Shown piece by piece: positions 24,701-30,943 of a DNA stretch of 64,000 nt. The position numbers were made by a program, and so were the translations under genes. The stretch's first letter is position 1. The number at the start of each line of letters is the position of its first letter. A model generated the notes under the pieces. It was not told the DNA's origin, ran no database searches, and was given only the letters and a program-made list of their open reading frames with translations. Source of the DNA: a virus; IMG/VR virus record IMGVR_UViG_3300025646_000028, positions 8,765 through 72,764 of that record. One strand, 5' to 3'.

Positions 24701-27700
24701 ATGAATAAAAATTAAATCAAACATAGTATATTCAATAGCTTTATTCATTTTTTCTGTTTGGTATTTAAAAATTATTTCTCCGTCTCTTTGTTCGATACGG
24801 TTAAAATTATCAAAGCTTCTTAACGTAGTTTTATTTGCATAGTCTTCTTGATAATATTTAGACACCGCGTTTAAAAGCTTAAACATAATATGTCCATACT
24901 GATTAGAACGCGCACCTTCTTTAGCTGACGCAAGGTCTTTAAATATTTCTCTTATTTCTTGTGACTCTGCAATAGCTTTTTTACGTATAGAAGGATTTAA
25001 ACTAGCGTTATAATCAGATATGCTTTTCTTTAAACTACTTTCAAATCTTCGAAGATCAACAGTTAATTCGTTTAAAGTGTCTAAAAATAACGATCCGTAT
25101 TTATTTTTATTTAAAATAGCATGTACTACTTTATTTGTTTCTCTTACAATATCGTTTAGTTCTGTAAACTTATTTTGATCTTCACTTATTTTAAGTAAAT
25201 ATTTTCTAGCATCAATATTAGTTGCATCTGCTCCTAAACGTTTCTTAGCAACATTTATTAATGCACTTTTAAACATTGCAGTATAACTACGTTGATCACC
25301 GATTCGTTTAGTCAAATTAACGCGTACATCAACTTTACCATTTTTTAAATAAAGCTTACTAATTTCTTTAGCAATAGTTTGACGGCTGTCTTTGCTTTTA
25401 ATTTTTAAATCAGCAATTGTAAGCAGCTCCGGATATTTCTTTATTAACAACGCAATTTTAAAACTAAACACATTAACTTGTTCTTCGTACTCAGAAGTAC
25501 TACGTGCATTATTCTTTAAAAGCTGTAAAATGTTAACGTCTTTACTATTTTTAACATCATAAAAAAGTGACATGTTTAAACTGTATTGGATAAAAGGTGG
25601 TAGTAAAACAAAAGGTTGTTTTAATTTTAAAACTTTACCACGTCCTTGTGCTTGATCTCCAGATAAACGTACAACACGATTTGGATCTAACAAGAATTGT
25701 ACAATATTAACTAAAGCAAGTTCACGTCTTTGGTTTACACTGCTAGGTAATTTTGAAATATCATAATCTAAAGCAGTACGAATAGTAATAGGTCCGTACT
25801 TTGCGTCTTTAATTCTAGTAATAACATTTTCACTACGTTGATCTTCGGTTAATTTTTTATTAAACTCACTGTCGCTAGCAGATTCATCATATAAAGAAAC
25901 AATGCGTTCTTTTTCTAAACGATGTTGTTCTCTTTCTGCTTCAGCTTTATTAAAACGTTCTTCTGTTTGAACACGAACACCTTCATCTTCAGGTGTAAGA
26001 TCATCTTCCGCGTTCATTTTAAAACGTACAATAGATGCGTCGCGTAAACCTTTAATGTCAGGTTCAGCAATATTAATTAATTCATCAACAAATTCTGACT
26101 CCATTAAGTCATTAACAATACTTGTAGCAATTGCTTTATTTTTTAAAGCCTGTTGTATATCGTATTTAGAAATATCGTCAGGTAATATTTCACTTATACT
26201 AGAGCGTTTAAATAAAGTAAGTTTGTTTTTATCGTGGTCAACGTAATCATATAAATATGTTTTAACATATCTATAGATAGGAGTATTTTTTAAATTAATT
26301 TCAAATCTATTTCTAATATCATCAAGTAATTCTTTTTGATAGTTAGTTAAGTCGTTTGTTGTTTTTGCAAAATCATCATCAAGTTCTTTTAATAACTCCG
26401 CTGCTTTTTTAAATGCCAAAACAATAGGATTAGTACTGCTGTTTAAATCTGTTTTGTTTTTATACAACTTCATTTGTTCTTGCATAACATAACGATAAAG
26501 CATGCTTGTTGTTAAATTATCTGCAAGAATTGTTGTAGTGCTTGTAGTTTTTATTTGACTTACAGCTTCAATAGATGCGTATATCTTTCTAAGCGTATAC
26601 GATTCAAGTAGTTTATCTTTATCTGCTTGATCTAAATTAGATTCATTAATGTAGGCAACTAATGTTTTAACACGGTTAGCTTTAGATAATGCGGTCCATT
26701 GTTTTAAGTCAATATCAAAAAACTTGTGGTTAAAGTTTAATAAGTCTTCAAACACGTCTTTACCTAAATACTGATTTAAAAGTTTATTAACTTGTGTTTG
26801 AAAATTATCTTTTAATACAATACCAACATCGTTTATTTCTTTAGCATTTTTATAGATATCAATAAAAAATTCTTTTGTAATGTTTTCATTAACATCAACG
26901 GTAACTTTTTTACCGTTTGCATCTGTATAATCAATTTGAAATTTAATTCCATTTAAAAAATTAACGCGTTGAATTTCATTCATTACTTCTAAAGCACGAT
27001 CTAATTTATCGTTAACAAACCCAGCTATAAGTTTAGTAGGGTCTTTTTCTCCAGCACGAATACGTTTTTGCAGTGCTCGATAATCTTCTCGATTAATTTG
27101 AATCTTACCTTTAATACGTTTGTTACCTGAAGTATAACCTTCTAATTCTTTTCTTGCAGTTTCAAGTTTATCAAGCTTTGCAATAACAGCATCAATATCT
27201 TTTTTAATAGTTTGATAACCAGCATCGTTGTTTAAATATTCAATATCAAATTTACTTTCTAGTTCTTTTTGTTTTGTTTGAAGATCAGTAAGTTTTTTGT
27301 TTTCATCTTCAATGTCAGATTTAGTTTTAGTTAATTTGCCATCTAATTTTTTAAATTCTAGTTCTAAAGATTCGCTAGCCTTTTGTGGAATCAAATCATT
27401 GATATACGCTCTAAATGCATACAGCATACTTAATGTATTGATTGCATAATCATCTGCACGTATGGTAGCTAGGTTTAAAATGTTTAATGCGCTTTCGTAA
27501 TATGTAATATATTTTTCGTACACAAGATCATTTTTAATCATCATTTCATAATCTAAAAATGCTGCGCTTAAAGCGTTACGACGCAATGTTTGATCTTTCG
27601 AAAGATTTGTTTCGCCACGTAATTTGTTTAATTCGTCAAGGTACTGATCTTTGTTAGCCTCCGTAATTGTTATAGCGGCTTGATTACCAATTTTTACATC

Positions 27701-30472
27701 AACTGCTCTCATTGTAAAACTACGTCTATGATTACGCAAAGACTCTATTTGTTTTTTAACGTTGTCAATTAAATCTTGATATAAACTTACACGGCTACCT
27801 GCTTCTTGATTAATCTTAGCAAACTCAGGATCGTTTTGTATTTTAGTCATAATGTTGCTAATTAACAATTCTTCTTGTCTTGTTAGCGCTCTATTAGGTG
27901 CTAAAATAAGTTTTAAACTTTCTTCGACATCAAGTTTATTTTCTTCCATTGCTTTTTTTAAAGCATCTACAGTGGGTACATCTTTTAAATTTTTAATAGT
28001 TTCATCTAAAGATTCAATAATACGCATTCTTTCTTTTTCAGTTGCCATTGTTTGACGCGTTTTGTCGTTAAAATTACGGAGTAATCTACCTTCACCTAAT
28101 TGTATTAAACGACCAATAGGATTTAATGCAAAAATTAAACCAGCATTTAATTTATCTGTTAGTGTCATGTAGTTAGCAAACGCATCAGATGCTTCGTAAT
28201 ATTTTTTAGTATCAGCAAGATTTAATTTTAATTTTAAATCCTTAATTATTTTTGTACCAACAACGTCCATGTCAAAAGAACCGTAACGCATACCAACTAG
28301 TTGTATAAATTTATTCCAATTGTCAATTTCAGACTTTGTTACATTATCAGGAAGCTTTCCTGTTTTATCGTACTCAGTTAATATTGCTTGCTTTCTTTTA
28401 ACTTCAGCTGCTAAACGTTGTACTTCTTTATTGTTTACAGTTAAAGCACTTCTATAAGTACCACCTATAATATCTTTAATAGTTGCTTCTAGTATTTTAG
28501 CTGTGCCATCAACATCAAAAGAAAGGTTACCAATTTTAAAACCTTTATTTTGTTGTACACTTTGCTCCATTAAATATTTAGTTAAACCTTTATAACCTTC
28601 AGTAAGGTATGCATTAACTGCACCATAGATTAATCTTTGTGTAGTAGGTAAATTTGTTCGTGCAAACAAACCACGATTAGATTCACTTACTAATTTTTCT
28701 AAACCGTTTTTAATTTTTACACCAGGTACTCCAATTGATTCAGCAATTTCAACACGTTGAAGTTCTTTAGTAATAATTGTACCTATCATTTTAGTGCGGC
28801 TAGTTTTTAAATTACTTTGAACCATTTCATCAAAGTTTCGTGGATCTAAAACAATTTCACCTACAACACCCAATACTGATTTAACGATAGGTGGTGCATC
28901 TTTAAGAACATCTGTTTTTTCTATAATATCTGCAGCTGTTAAAACGTATGCAGGTTTATCACTATAACCCCACGCTCTTGCTAGTGCGTCACGTTTAGCA
29001 TTAGGATCATTATCTGCTAGTCCTAACAGAATAGATTTTGTTCTTGTTGCACCGTACAAGTTATCTTGAATATCACCAAATAACGAAATAGCAGATACAA
29101 AATCTGAACCTTCAGGATTATATGTAGGTAAAGCTTCATCTATTTGACGTGTCAATGGAGCAATACTTTGAGATACAAACATTGTTAAACCTGCACGTAT
29201 TTGGTTACCAATAGCGTTTTCACCTAAAAATCTTGGTAGACCATAAAGTAATTTGTTACCTACTGTTGCACCTGTGTAACGACTGCCAGCTCTACCAATA
29301 AAATAAGGTATAGCAATTTGTGCGGTTAACGCTGCTATAGTTGATACAGGTCTTGCAGCAATATTAGATGCTAAGTTTTGTGCAAATAACTCTTGTGCCT
29401 TTAAACCACTTGGTGATAATGATCTACCGATAGATTCACCTATAGCATATCCTACGCGCATCGCACTAACTGCTGTTGATATTAAACTACCAACTGCAGA
29501 TATAATTGTACCAATAGGTGCTGCAGGAGTGTATTCAACTATGTCCCCTAGAACCGCTGTAAAGTCACCTAATGTTTCAATACTTGATAACACAGCGCTT
29601 CCAATATCACCTGCTCTAAGATCTTGTACAAGTCCTGCTGCTGACAATCCTAAAGATGCTACGTCAACACCAAGACCTAAAAGTGGAGTCAGCCCTGCAG
29701 CTCTACGACCAACAGCTTCTCCAGCTTCAATAGCTTCTTGAGCCACATCTACACCAACTCTAGCTAATTTTTCTGCGCTTTCTTTAGCACCTACTATAGT
29801 TGATTTACGAATACTGTTTAAATTATCTACAGTTTTATTAATATCTTCAAACGCTTTTTTAGCATCATTTAAATCTTGAAGAGCTTTTAATTTTTTAGGA
29901 TTTGTATTTTTGTAGTATTTAACTTTATCGTAGGTTTCTTGTGCAGCAGATAAAGTAGCTTCTATAGTTTTTTTATTTTCAAATGCAGTATTAAAATTTT
30001 TAACAGCATCAGCGACTTTAGCTGCTTGAGTATTATATTTGTTAATAGATTCTATTTGTGACGTAGTGTAACGTCTAAACCCTGCAGCAGCTTGCGCATT
30101 TCTACGACTACCTGCTAATGTATTATCAAGAGAAATACCACGTGATCCTAAAAATAAACCACCTTGTATTGCCGCAGTAGTGCCGGCACCAACGATACCC
30201 CCTATAGTGCCTAAAGTATTTTGTAATTGTTCATCATTAAATCCATAGCGTTCACGGATCTTTTCCATGTACGTAGCACTGTTAACTGCAAAAGGAGTTG
30301 TAGCAAATTGACGAAGTGTTTCTTCAAACGTCTGAACATTTGTTCTTTGTGCTTGACCAAAACCTCTAAGCCCACGATAGTATGGCCCAAGCGCAGGACG
30401 TGCATATATGTTAGCAGGGTATAACTGTCCTCTGTTAAATACCGCTGGCTTTAGTGGATATAGTAATGCCAT
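6761..30472 (-). CDS. Giant (7903 aa) putative virion/ejection protein containing a fused beta-beta' two-barrel RNA polymerase and a DEDD exonuclease-like domain
   Basis: Beta-like PFLLSTNAIRTMLSAKH, GNKTWLGLHSGFKG, SVNSRG, RGLAYVYADH; beta'-like KRIDG..LPK, AVRSP, GADNDGD; exonuclease IDLET and VAHNGFRFD; hydrophobic N-terminus; located just downstream of the capsid genes. Confidence 0.88.
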   Translation of the reverse strand: MALLYPLKPAVFNRGQLYPANIYARPALGPYYRGLRGFGQAQRTNVQTFEETLRQFATTPFAVNSATYMEKIRERYGFNDEQLQNTLGTIGGIVGAGTTAAIQGGLFLGSRGISLDNTLAGSRRNAQAAAGFRRYTTSQIESINKYNTQAAKVADAVKNFNTAFENKKTIEATLSAAQETYDKVKYYKNTNPKKLKALQDLNDAKKAFEDINKTVDNLNSIRKSTIVGAKESAEKLARVGVDVAQEAIEAGEAVGRRAAGLTPLLGLGVDVASLGLSAAGLVQDLRAGDIGSAVLSSIETLGDFTAVLGDIVEYTPAAPIGTIISAVGSLISTAVSAMRVGYAIGESIGRSLSPSGLKAQELFAQNLASNIAARPVSTIAALTAQIAIPYFIGRAGSRYTGATVGNKLLYGLPRFLGENAIGNQIRAGLTMFVSQSIAPLTRQIDEALPTYNPEGSDFVSAISLFGDIQDNLYGATRTKSILLGLADNDPNAKRDALARAWGYSDKPAYVLTAADIIEKTDVLKDAPPIVKSVLGVVGEIVLDPRNFDEMVQSNLKTSRTKMIGTIITKELQRVEIAESIGVPGVKIKNGLEKLVSESNRGLFARTNLPTTQRLIYGAVNAYLTEGYKGLTKYLMEQSVQQNKGFKIGNLSFDVDGTAKILEATIKDIIGGTYRSALTVNNKEVQRLAAEVKRKQAILTEYDKTGKLPDNVTKSEIDNWNKFIQLVGMRYGSFDMDVVGTKIIKDLKLKLNLADTKKYYEASDAFANYMTLTDKLNAGLIFALNPIGRLIQLGEGRLLRNFNDKTRQTMATEKERMRIIESLDETIKNLKDVPTVDALKKAMEENKLDVEESLKLILAPNRALTRQEELLISNIMTKIQNDPEFAKINQEAGSRVSLYQDLIDNVKKQIESLRNHRRSFTMRAVDVKIGNQAAITITEANKDQYLDELNKLRGETNLSKDQTLRRNALSAAFLDYEMMIKNDLVYEKYITYYESALNILNLATIRADDYAINTLSMLYAFRAYINDLIPQKASESLELEFKKLDGKLTKTKSDIEDENKKLTDLQTKQKELESKFDIEYLNNDAGYQTIKKDIDAVIAKLDKLETARKELEGYTSGNKRIKGKIQINREDYRALQKRIRAGEKDPTKLIAGFVNDKLDRALEVMNEIQRVNFLNGIKFQIDYTDANGKKVTVDVNENITKEFFIDIYKNAKEINDVGIVLKDNFQTQVNKLLNQYLGKDVFEDLLNFNHKFFDIDLKQWTALSKANRVKTLVAYINESNLDQADKDKLLESYTLRKIYASIEAVSQIKTTSTTTILADNLTTSMLYRYVMQEQMKLYKNKTDLNSSTNPIVLAFKKAAELLKELDDDFAKTTNDLTNYQKELLDDIRNRFEINLKNTPIYRYVKTYLYDYVDHDKNKLTLFKRSSISEILPDDISKYDIQQALKNKAIATSIVNDLMESEFVDELINIAEPDIKGLRDASIVRFKMNAEDDLTPEDEGVRVQTEERFNKAEAEREQHRLEKERIVSLYDESASDSEFNKKLTEDQRSENVITRIKDAKYGPITIRTALDYDISKLPSSVNQRRELALVNIVQFLLDPNRVVRLSGDQAQGRGKVLKLKQPFVLLPPFIQYSLNMSLFYDVKNSKDVNILQLLKNNARSTSEYEEQVNVFSFKIALLIKKYPELLTIADLKIKSKDSRQTIAKEISKLYLKNGKVDVRVNLTKRIGDQRSYTAMFKSALINVAKKRLGADATNIDARKYLLKISEDQNKFTELNDIVRETNKVVHAILNKNKYGSLFLDTLNELTVDLRRFESSLKKSISDYNASLNPSIRKKAIAESQEIREIFKDLASAKEGARSNQYGHIMFKLLNAVSKYYQEDYANKTTLRSFDNFNRIEQRDGEIIFKYQTEKMNKAIEYTMFDLIFIHGVTRRDVLNLVTTIGNRMAALDPATKVTSLEAAAVASYDMLIQEFGTLLTYNSFSIDKEIFMKQPGATEELYNLFSDPGVIELRQRLLLVNEIFETDLDTNKIDFRAIYDNRFRTFADYIFRAAQRYTAEENKGNTRLPKTYTFKATNKDGTVKDLFTVDLLDNKGVLRNNNTLLLLTLLKLSQINPKDFEGYTIKSPEGNEQSVIVSPSNIKQIIRDIFFKDRKTVKGLAQDSNLTRIEERIADAKEDLATFKKQNIEDKDTPRYKRYVNRVTTKIGNLQAVLKHYTEINKRIELDAFADFDTIYTRMQADDDLAQDYFNNTVDTDLKDYVLGIDPTGADRLYRRREVFKDRTDVPGIPKLNLYFVRHVFGKNDKKEFNKAKDNLTANEQTKNADLRIVTEDGTAVFVVPDEQWSFGGNESLAALYKRVMNGEEYNISEVFILSETKYNEIEDIQKNNKDDFDMVDRYTVRDETIKPVPEVLNVQGKKVIVDLWLKDLNLIYKERLDTTNKVTASELLNKLSLFYQQRYTKKNLQGFVPILKSYGEGTNLFNTETFRRIQEEAKLNNMFFDFYDRIKGDYDLETIGVNFFKGKFIKKGYDLSKLKKDLNDPVLVANLVQRGLFDKIIKALTYMQKTYGDDPLVDKINYYNVLKPETTSEILRLKNSIYGIVKHIEKTNKIAYKKIIPIIQQHIKTQFSEDTASQNVLSFLEINKELTSPIVTDLEKVFRDPYKKRKKSMLELFKASAYNRYGSADEGISLLNAQQYHLKNFYDIIQEARKRHYKLIAKHNKDTINYSHLSSLKNAWKDWYKDRITLDELYAQLEKIIPLKNFDLDLKPKNGSGIYSLAEKIYNSDPTRKDFKSPDDIVKHIVYGYVLKSYLISINQYMNKRVADQLDGFNAVDYLNLLQTTRDELLIKKRNKTISKPEAALLANVEKRLRLSQQITNKKDRYGFNMEHLIFRGDKLSLMFFYDFPSKAEVEKQIKEGTLEEIQDVKIDEYISEHISKKFNIELDQSDRLLLTVFAGDVIETATDHLYAKTTSTSNQYVPKVVTLDRVIKQTEALKEQILSEGFTQDQLQTMIALATTKKNEGVYLTGEDALKDKAIFGEEGKVPGKVNTYINELQRIKSLRYKIKKTKLTYKEIFKVNQIDLLETSTRFFDYFKNVIRNNDFNLDSEEIVRMLKEFGISRDEVFSILEGEYKTIQHFINAHIKTNDPSAEGDDFTKANLLIWFINYHKDQYIRNVLKRPNYTVSLEDIKAVRDFELIREKDNNLRLQTISINNLLGEGNAITNSVNFHFNRGFSILREIDRQTTYYNDRLGRIILDDTNLRDNEEYSGDFNGIIYKQNNIKLVAADTQRTLYEPIFKEGDAGFVGSRIYELMLMRKEFINDMMAENMATNKNVGSANQLYNSLRITWTDLLEKLKKDFKPGQFIRVRDITAAVGLFKKDTSSLNTFIDYYNMLLRDAKEKYILDNAGTKKSPEELSELFDAEIKALTDKIIEVSATNNKIVEFNETFVKGILGYIYLARFVDHTDIPEIQNRIVENVSKQFEDDIKYKSYKYKTITSVIKRIIQDESLTEFQKKKELAKLQGKNDFEELTLEQQQTINMGLRIQKFIKSSENFYNPNQFYDTFDVAYGNKATVGAKTTILSKREAAEELAIKILNDEIKKRQSGLNKTIARADDIKNQEKLFTIPKIKTSNETVNERLATPDYYTYDNKQRIVGTDDLYKQADLASFILQEKITEADKLIAEEEKTFKEKKLELIKALFTNYPGLRNYYMDQREAEIKLLIEKEEGELLKLNSKTDNKYLKEYDAYLKDVEDVKKIEDSVEYKVNSFYWDTYLQLRREGVPPTEALKTIYSFFKEELLELKISTEAEFITLHNKTIKEKVFENLNKIRDRRDARGRDSEGKLIKKYTAYAAKRAIHERNLQNYEEELTSLQIDDFENVDTALETLSKIIKDFKEESKSVLAKTFKAIDDKGTFTKLSDTEKALITKRHKALYNKQLSYLKVLYGFIRDFNVQFGIAGKKDLGVVKNDKLISLDVLTKAVQNEISILRNHANTLANRRIVDIPEAVDLPKLEGEEEFKLNLYFTVFNELKINKRSSDLKRELTDAEAARIENETREQFKDITPLTAFNLIFNFIKHPNNYDAISKSFGSKQVELDFSDLADDKLRFAQALLANVNNALVNKFNISVEYFSNKFVEYINKAEKTIGSIGLEKTLLDRKGKVPTVSDLDHAKKLFSNLYKDIEGEAIDNMDDQTVASLIRFVTNSKDNFEIKNYKRYKKQFLDKLKNVNDFKQALNDLPKRREGIETLKADLEIKKEALEKTKADRQAAYNKELEVAGDKLSNLDLFKHYYKARIKKDAAEIDVINIVLKIVQEKFPGQDIEFLKTFIKSRGDYALHNSVVDSLITLLNYIHQKPASKNFIVIDLETYRYNGEDTPYQITMITVKDKQLIINDVYINSGLFYDGVNDDGSYKENMLKFYEQQKRIWKKQWEKEDLSPEEFEVKAKIKMDELIARVKQVKNNDNFINTFIQKVGDANVDIVAHNGFRFDFNIIKNFISRIGDNLIVNEYYRNLSEENSLETIFNKIDKTELDADEITTEYIKELQEASDRLIKTIETKKEFITKQELDRIKEDLDRINNKITALKINQAIKKASEQTGYILNDDIKNQIFDVSTGAIKYLRDQLTKYFDKKVTDAIKTEIKNDLVLRFMEGITLENKTPAVEKIIIEYVDKLIKGVEKNYNETLNGAVIKYGATSGVGVRSELKERAIKLAGVKLYDKDVELNIKESIEILDALQAANSTLAEVLKTGLTSEEIVLQKQKEIEKKKETIRKHKETISRLREEVAAKVISDDEIVKQIISSAQKIDKLTTSGYGQTVSIALNSVKEIRSSTTATKELGLLETQKEMADRDLKLKLSNIIRLAAAIRSGKEITDYKVFLEGSVDTRILDVLNKSITKEDALKAINEELKALSKQTVLREDGKLEDAVVETFLKNILKDYQDELKVYLKQTYTKLVEALTNLLKIKTFKGISIANNNILFENKPIDLISLRKMYGVITDSENQEDYQKYTAAFTKVLNLLENYEENLSLSQISFEDLIKETTSTKLVVFNEYLNDRKNGLLQAKAWLENYVESDLPGKTDLNVLLLTYSNVMESITGLETKIENLSNETIYSLITGEKPSNRMNDQQFDSIASSTLDLKEVFESATLKRLGLKVHYDDPEKGNDILAIRTVHNTVLSKAIRQDNAIDNTYLYSVSDDEYNLVSTASFNAKKNRIEIKLRYGYIPAHLKYDGGSTAGFQTLEKNINVYFNSEDAKFDSDFTFKELENLLDEKKFYWTKDGKAKYSILPNVRRDEVFYAKGVDSGKAASDVLIKFLIKNKDNFRRVNSKTEASKITEAEEANEAIYQKTLTHEKFAANSKYLRVLNISEMIRNQFFAEVALYQKQRQLTERDLKTIYIGIYNRLTSRYKALEPGSIVNQINADYTYDYNIESFDDAFLKENNIDLQLNSEGSAGAVLKYKTRYALNFPFLLSTNAIRTMLSAKHLLAKYTSLKFLNNIYGDIPDKVAPGKKLLTTFLSNPGKYIKNKEVINNFVRLTKSANTQIFMPNVMSKSLYKSYKDDTEVHQFGFTVPIAFANDPRIPLDEIAVDADFYYSTEYGNGNKTWLGLHSGFKGAVRPIQGLYKTYGALFVASANSVNSRGTAGIYGEMLFNYIRAYLLNETKKDGSSLIPARTLRFFKAIDPYLRKTFGPLLNKEDNVLLVDSSFDSYELLEGLSKEIKDKLSNDEEFKSLITDTTKDTELYNVLILRDFKEEDAEKDVPAIITPAYIKTKSDQFITEDYDMNKVHERRLIKTDLTATTYVRGLAYVYADHENSAQAMATQTKFNTAGKLIRNVVDSNNNPIKGTYVSPTVSIPIINKIGLDNFNKVFGPNNDNLNLLSNIRSLGFKTVIKNATGLEDEEEVNTVERLEELQIKLTEAYQKKEIHEYVREQGMQYLNYLYLRNTTSGPKEGYNKNIDRIVKNTESNALKKMYSGKNSAYYQSRFKRIDGVRAQYLVDVTLDAGEITLPKDAWDAIVVKDSKEGNTLIKTEPLNAKKSKEYIDTILGFENIEQRIEFLNSRGILAEENGALHLAVESGTNKLDGYQLNQTYTYVLAVRSPVQDYAATPVLKAIGFSTSYAVNVNVYAYNMMGADNDGDTMGMGLLKFSDVEGDNAPLRELLATDLNYYSIDEEIDKKGNLISYLEKANRELFAKDKVENDQHFMSGAKLISYSVGRNQRGKNTLNKDIRGEEGEYLNVEMYRLISGDTYNQLAKSVENNLEPLDTNDVDTLRLYVNAHVRINNEGNDVSSVEDTSIQKVSDYFNVDKLKDYYDTFKDEIDTIYTIEKNFNSFEYGEDIIISEKLKKEYLNNFTQEEQDILNNTNRVTEEDKQAYRKYYKRLVLLVLSKKLEQSTTGRIRASKNGVNYAGNKRKDQFTSSIIAEYKHINKSKQGIFWKAIGATNTEGEVTVRSLLATLADEAKAENVNYEELYNILNGLTVEEVKRIWTEQSAIDIKYFLRDTEHVLKDLRRLVKTMMDAESELENLSNFMDRETITVKDYLEFVENSSIKNEPVIKNYIENFRNSKSLGEELGASFKKELLFYYFRGSKAAEEFLRRVDLQKLTKGYLDQYFIERVANNNMSNLIQETISMAKHDGIDSNSNERYIRFTRKVDNITTRKSVRNIILGSDTTEAILGRAINADRDFTERLDIKEERITSASLNKEYYEENPGSRIRLQESYDDEASAKTAIKNLIKERLKLYVFGNLYMPDEITTLFYKRLSQLNKALSNPNDYAINKKDLEESINFFNGFNIPFYKLIGFMRSSLSIVQVVNERYSGAKNINFNSIDSVKNASNILRLFYALRNPDFKQAFDKRYKSNNLFFNFFNNVNAMDEGWFIVDEEGNRVFISPEDDASQEIRDEGLSMEEVQIAVSAAGTNNNEVISKTQEELSKDTYNKVTNALTSKLQYATFDSETTKVNEFIGNLKTDIELLLIQKEEVIARIKEIKKLQADLNLKSSAQLKLQNPRVKNARLQNKIKNGIGELNALQNRKRAIELEIKDLEKAVKAEEVKLSAEEKSLLNTERIKEWYENNEDPIAKLEEENRQIEEAKQELRSKALENALINNLGGGILLLRTVDGYGLGDSNVGKPRYLTQEDLDSSKVRARLAMANDVTLLTNMINPNNLDVSLKIVYEFLRTRQQDYRLVIVKDPYKDEGAYKSIVDNIRRFDPKKDSKDQLYTQFTEKEIKALKFKTLEELEAYQKEGGKVVYNGKVYDQIDPTVVLKDNRALTPTYKEIKINSIDELRTLYNAVKDDGTGAVPIVGFVDLNTWIQAMETTYTSRRKPAGIELFAYKLQLLSKNISKFSAAFLFRNLNDTVYQLFSNAQILPKTVESNDFIHMTMTSLELMSYYEKYSDEHTASIINIGLHYEDIIKELKSKVRNPKLIESRLGLMKEVLESYVAIGATKENESPRIKYYLPIVKRLLKQMNLITIKNIDKYTNVLYDAAKFVSNIRFGEFIELYDNQEINGKWVAGLRVDARDENGKVRKGLTKLGKAIFDDKNKWKKTLLKQLSAFMNTAATSDYLRKDNFELLPEVFANYKGYDENDLSSKSYEEIKKMIADARKDRKLAKGFGGPFRGLTASLIDGYDRINTFIENGARVTNFLYNLMIYNKSFDESVLASLRSWFNYGLRSPLEQRLMADIPFISFPVRSITNWIHRLNSPRWWRFMSDFLDGWYGQYIDEEEKEYNDYIKYQMRNGWIPLSPTFGIRLGNGALDVMNILYNTQEAFEGRMSPILRGVKTLVEKRSVFEALNQLASLGLVGRLANTVTGVSDMALQTNLRQQAAQVPVARELLETRPASIGTTFRGFAYDINNYGKYTPRQYRYGRNGRYAKYENIYRDWFNKYGRMRKPKINPYSLVKDIQWRQYVRWRQSRNVIG

Positions 30473-30484
30473 AGTTCTTAAACT

Positions 30485-30512
30485 ATTATAGCATAAAAAA
30501 AACTATCGTAAA
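30485..30512 (-). promoter_or_regulatory. Sigma-A-like promoter for the giant gene
   Basis: TTTACG-16 nt-TATAAT with extended -10 TATGcTATAAT, 12 nt upstream of the ATG. Confidence 0.55.
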
Positions 30513-30534
30513 CATCACGATAGTTTTCTTTTTT
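30494..30534 (-). terminator. Intrinsic terminator after the capsid operon
   Basis: Inverted repeat AAAACTATCGT/ACGATAGTTTT with T-tracts on both strands. Confidence 0.75.
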
Positions 30535-30537
30535 AAC

Positions 30538-30876
30538 TTACATCTTTTTAAAATCGCCTGCTGCTTGGGTGTCCATAAACTTCGCGGTGGTTTTTGCAAT
30601 TTTAATTTGACGATCAATGTGATGAAGATACTTCATCAAAGCATTGTAATGTCCACGTGTTAACGTGAATTCCGAACCATCAACTGGATACTTTTTAAAG
30701 TTACCGTTGAACGCGATAGTTACAGAGTCACCAATGTAACGAGCGTATAAAGGGGAGATTGAGAACTTCATGTTCGCTTCGCGATATAACTTCATATCGT
30801 TTTGGCGTGCTTTTGTTTCACGATCTTGAACACCTTTAATAAGACTGGATGTTAGTTCAAATGTGTCTTGTGCCAT
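30538..30876 (-). CDS. Hypothetical protein, probably virion-associated
   Basis: AAGGAGG RBS; immediately downstream of the major capsid gene. Confidence 0.75.
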   Translation of the reverse strand: MAQDTFELTSSLIKGVQDRETKARQNDMKLYREANMKFSISPLYARYIGDSVTIAFNGNFKKYPVDGSEFTLTRGHYNALMKYLHHIDRQIKIAKTTAKFMDTQAAGDFKKM

Positions 30877-30943
30877 TTGAGTGCTGCCTCCTTTCGTTTA
30901 ATTACGGTTTAACCTGTCCCACCGTTAAAGGTTAGCGAGTCAA

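Noticed and set aside
7854-30424. Many 60-100 aa ORFs antisense to or nested in the giant gene
   Set aside because: No RBS or motifs; expected shadow ORFs of a long coding strand
6761-30472. Tape measure protein or N4-type (T7-like) virion RNAP as the identity of the giant ORF
   Set aside because: No tail tube or sheath genes for a long tail are evident; the ordered motifs are two-barrel type (DxDGD) rather than single-subunit T7-like
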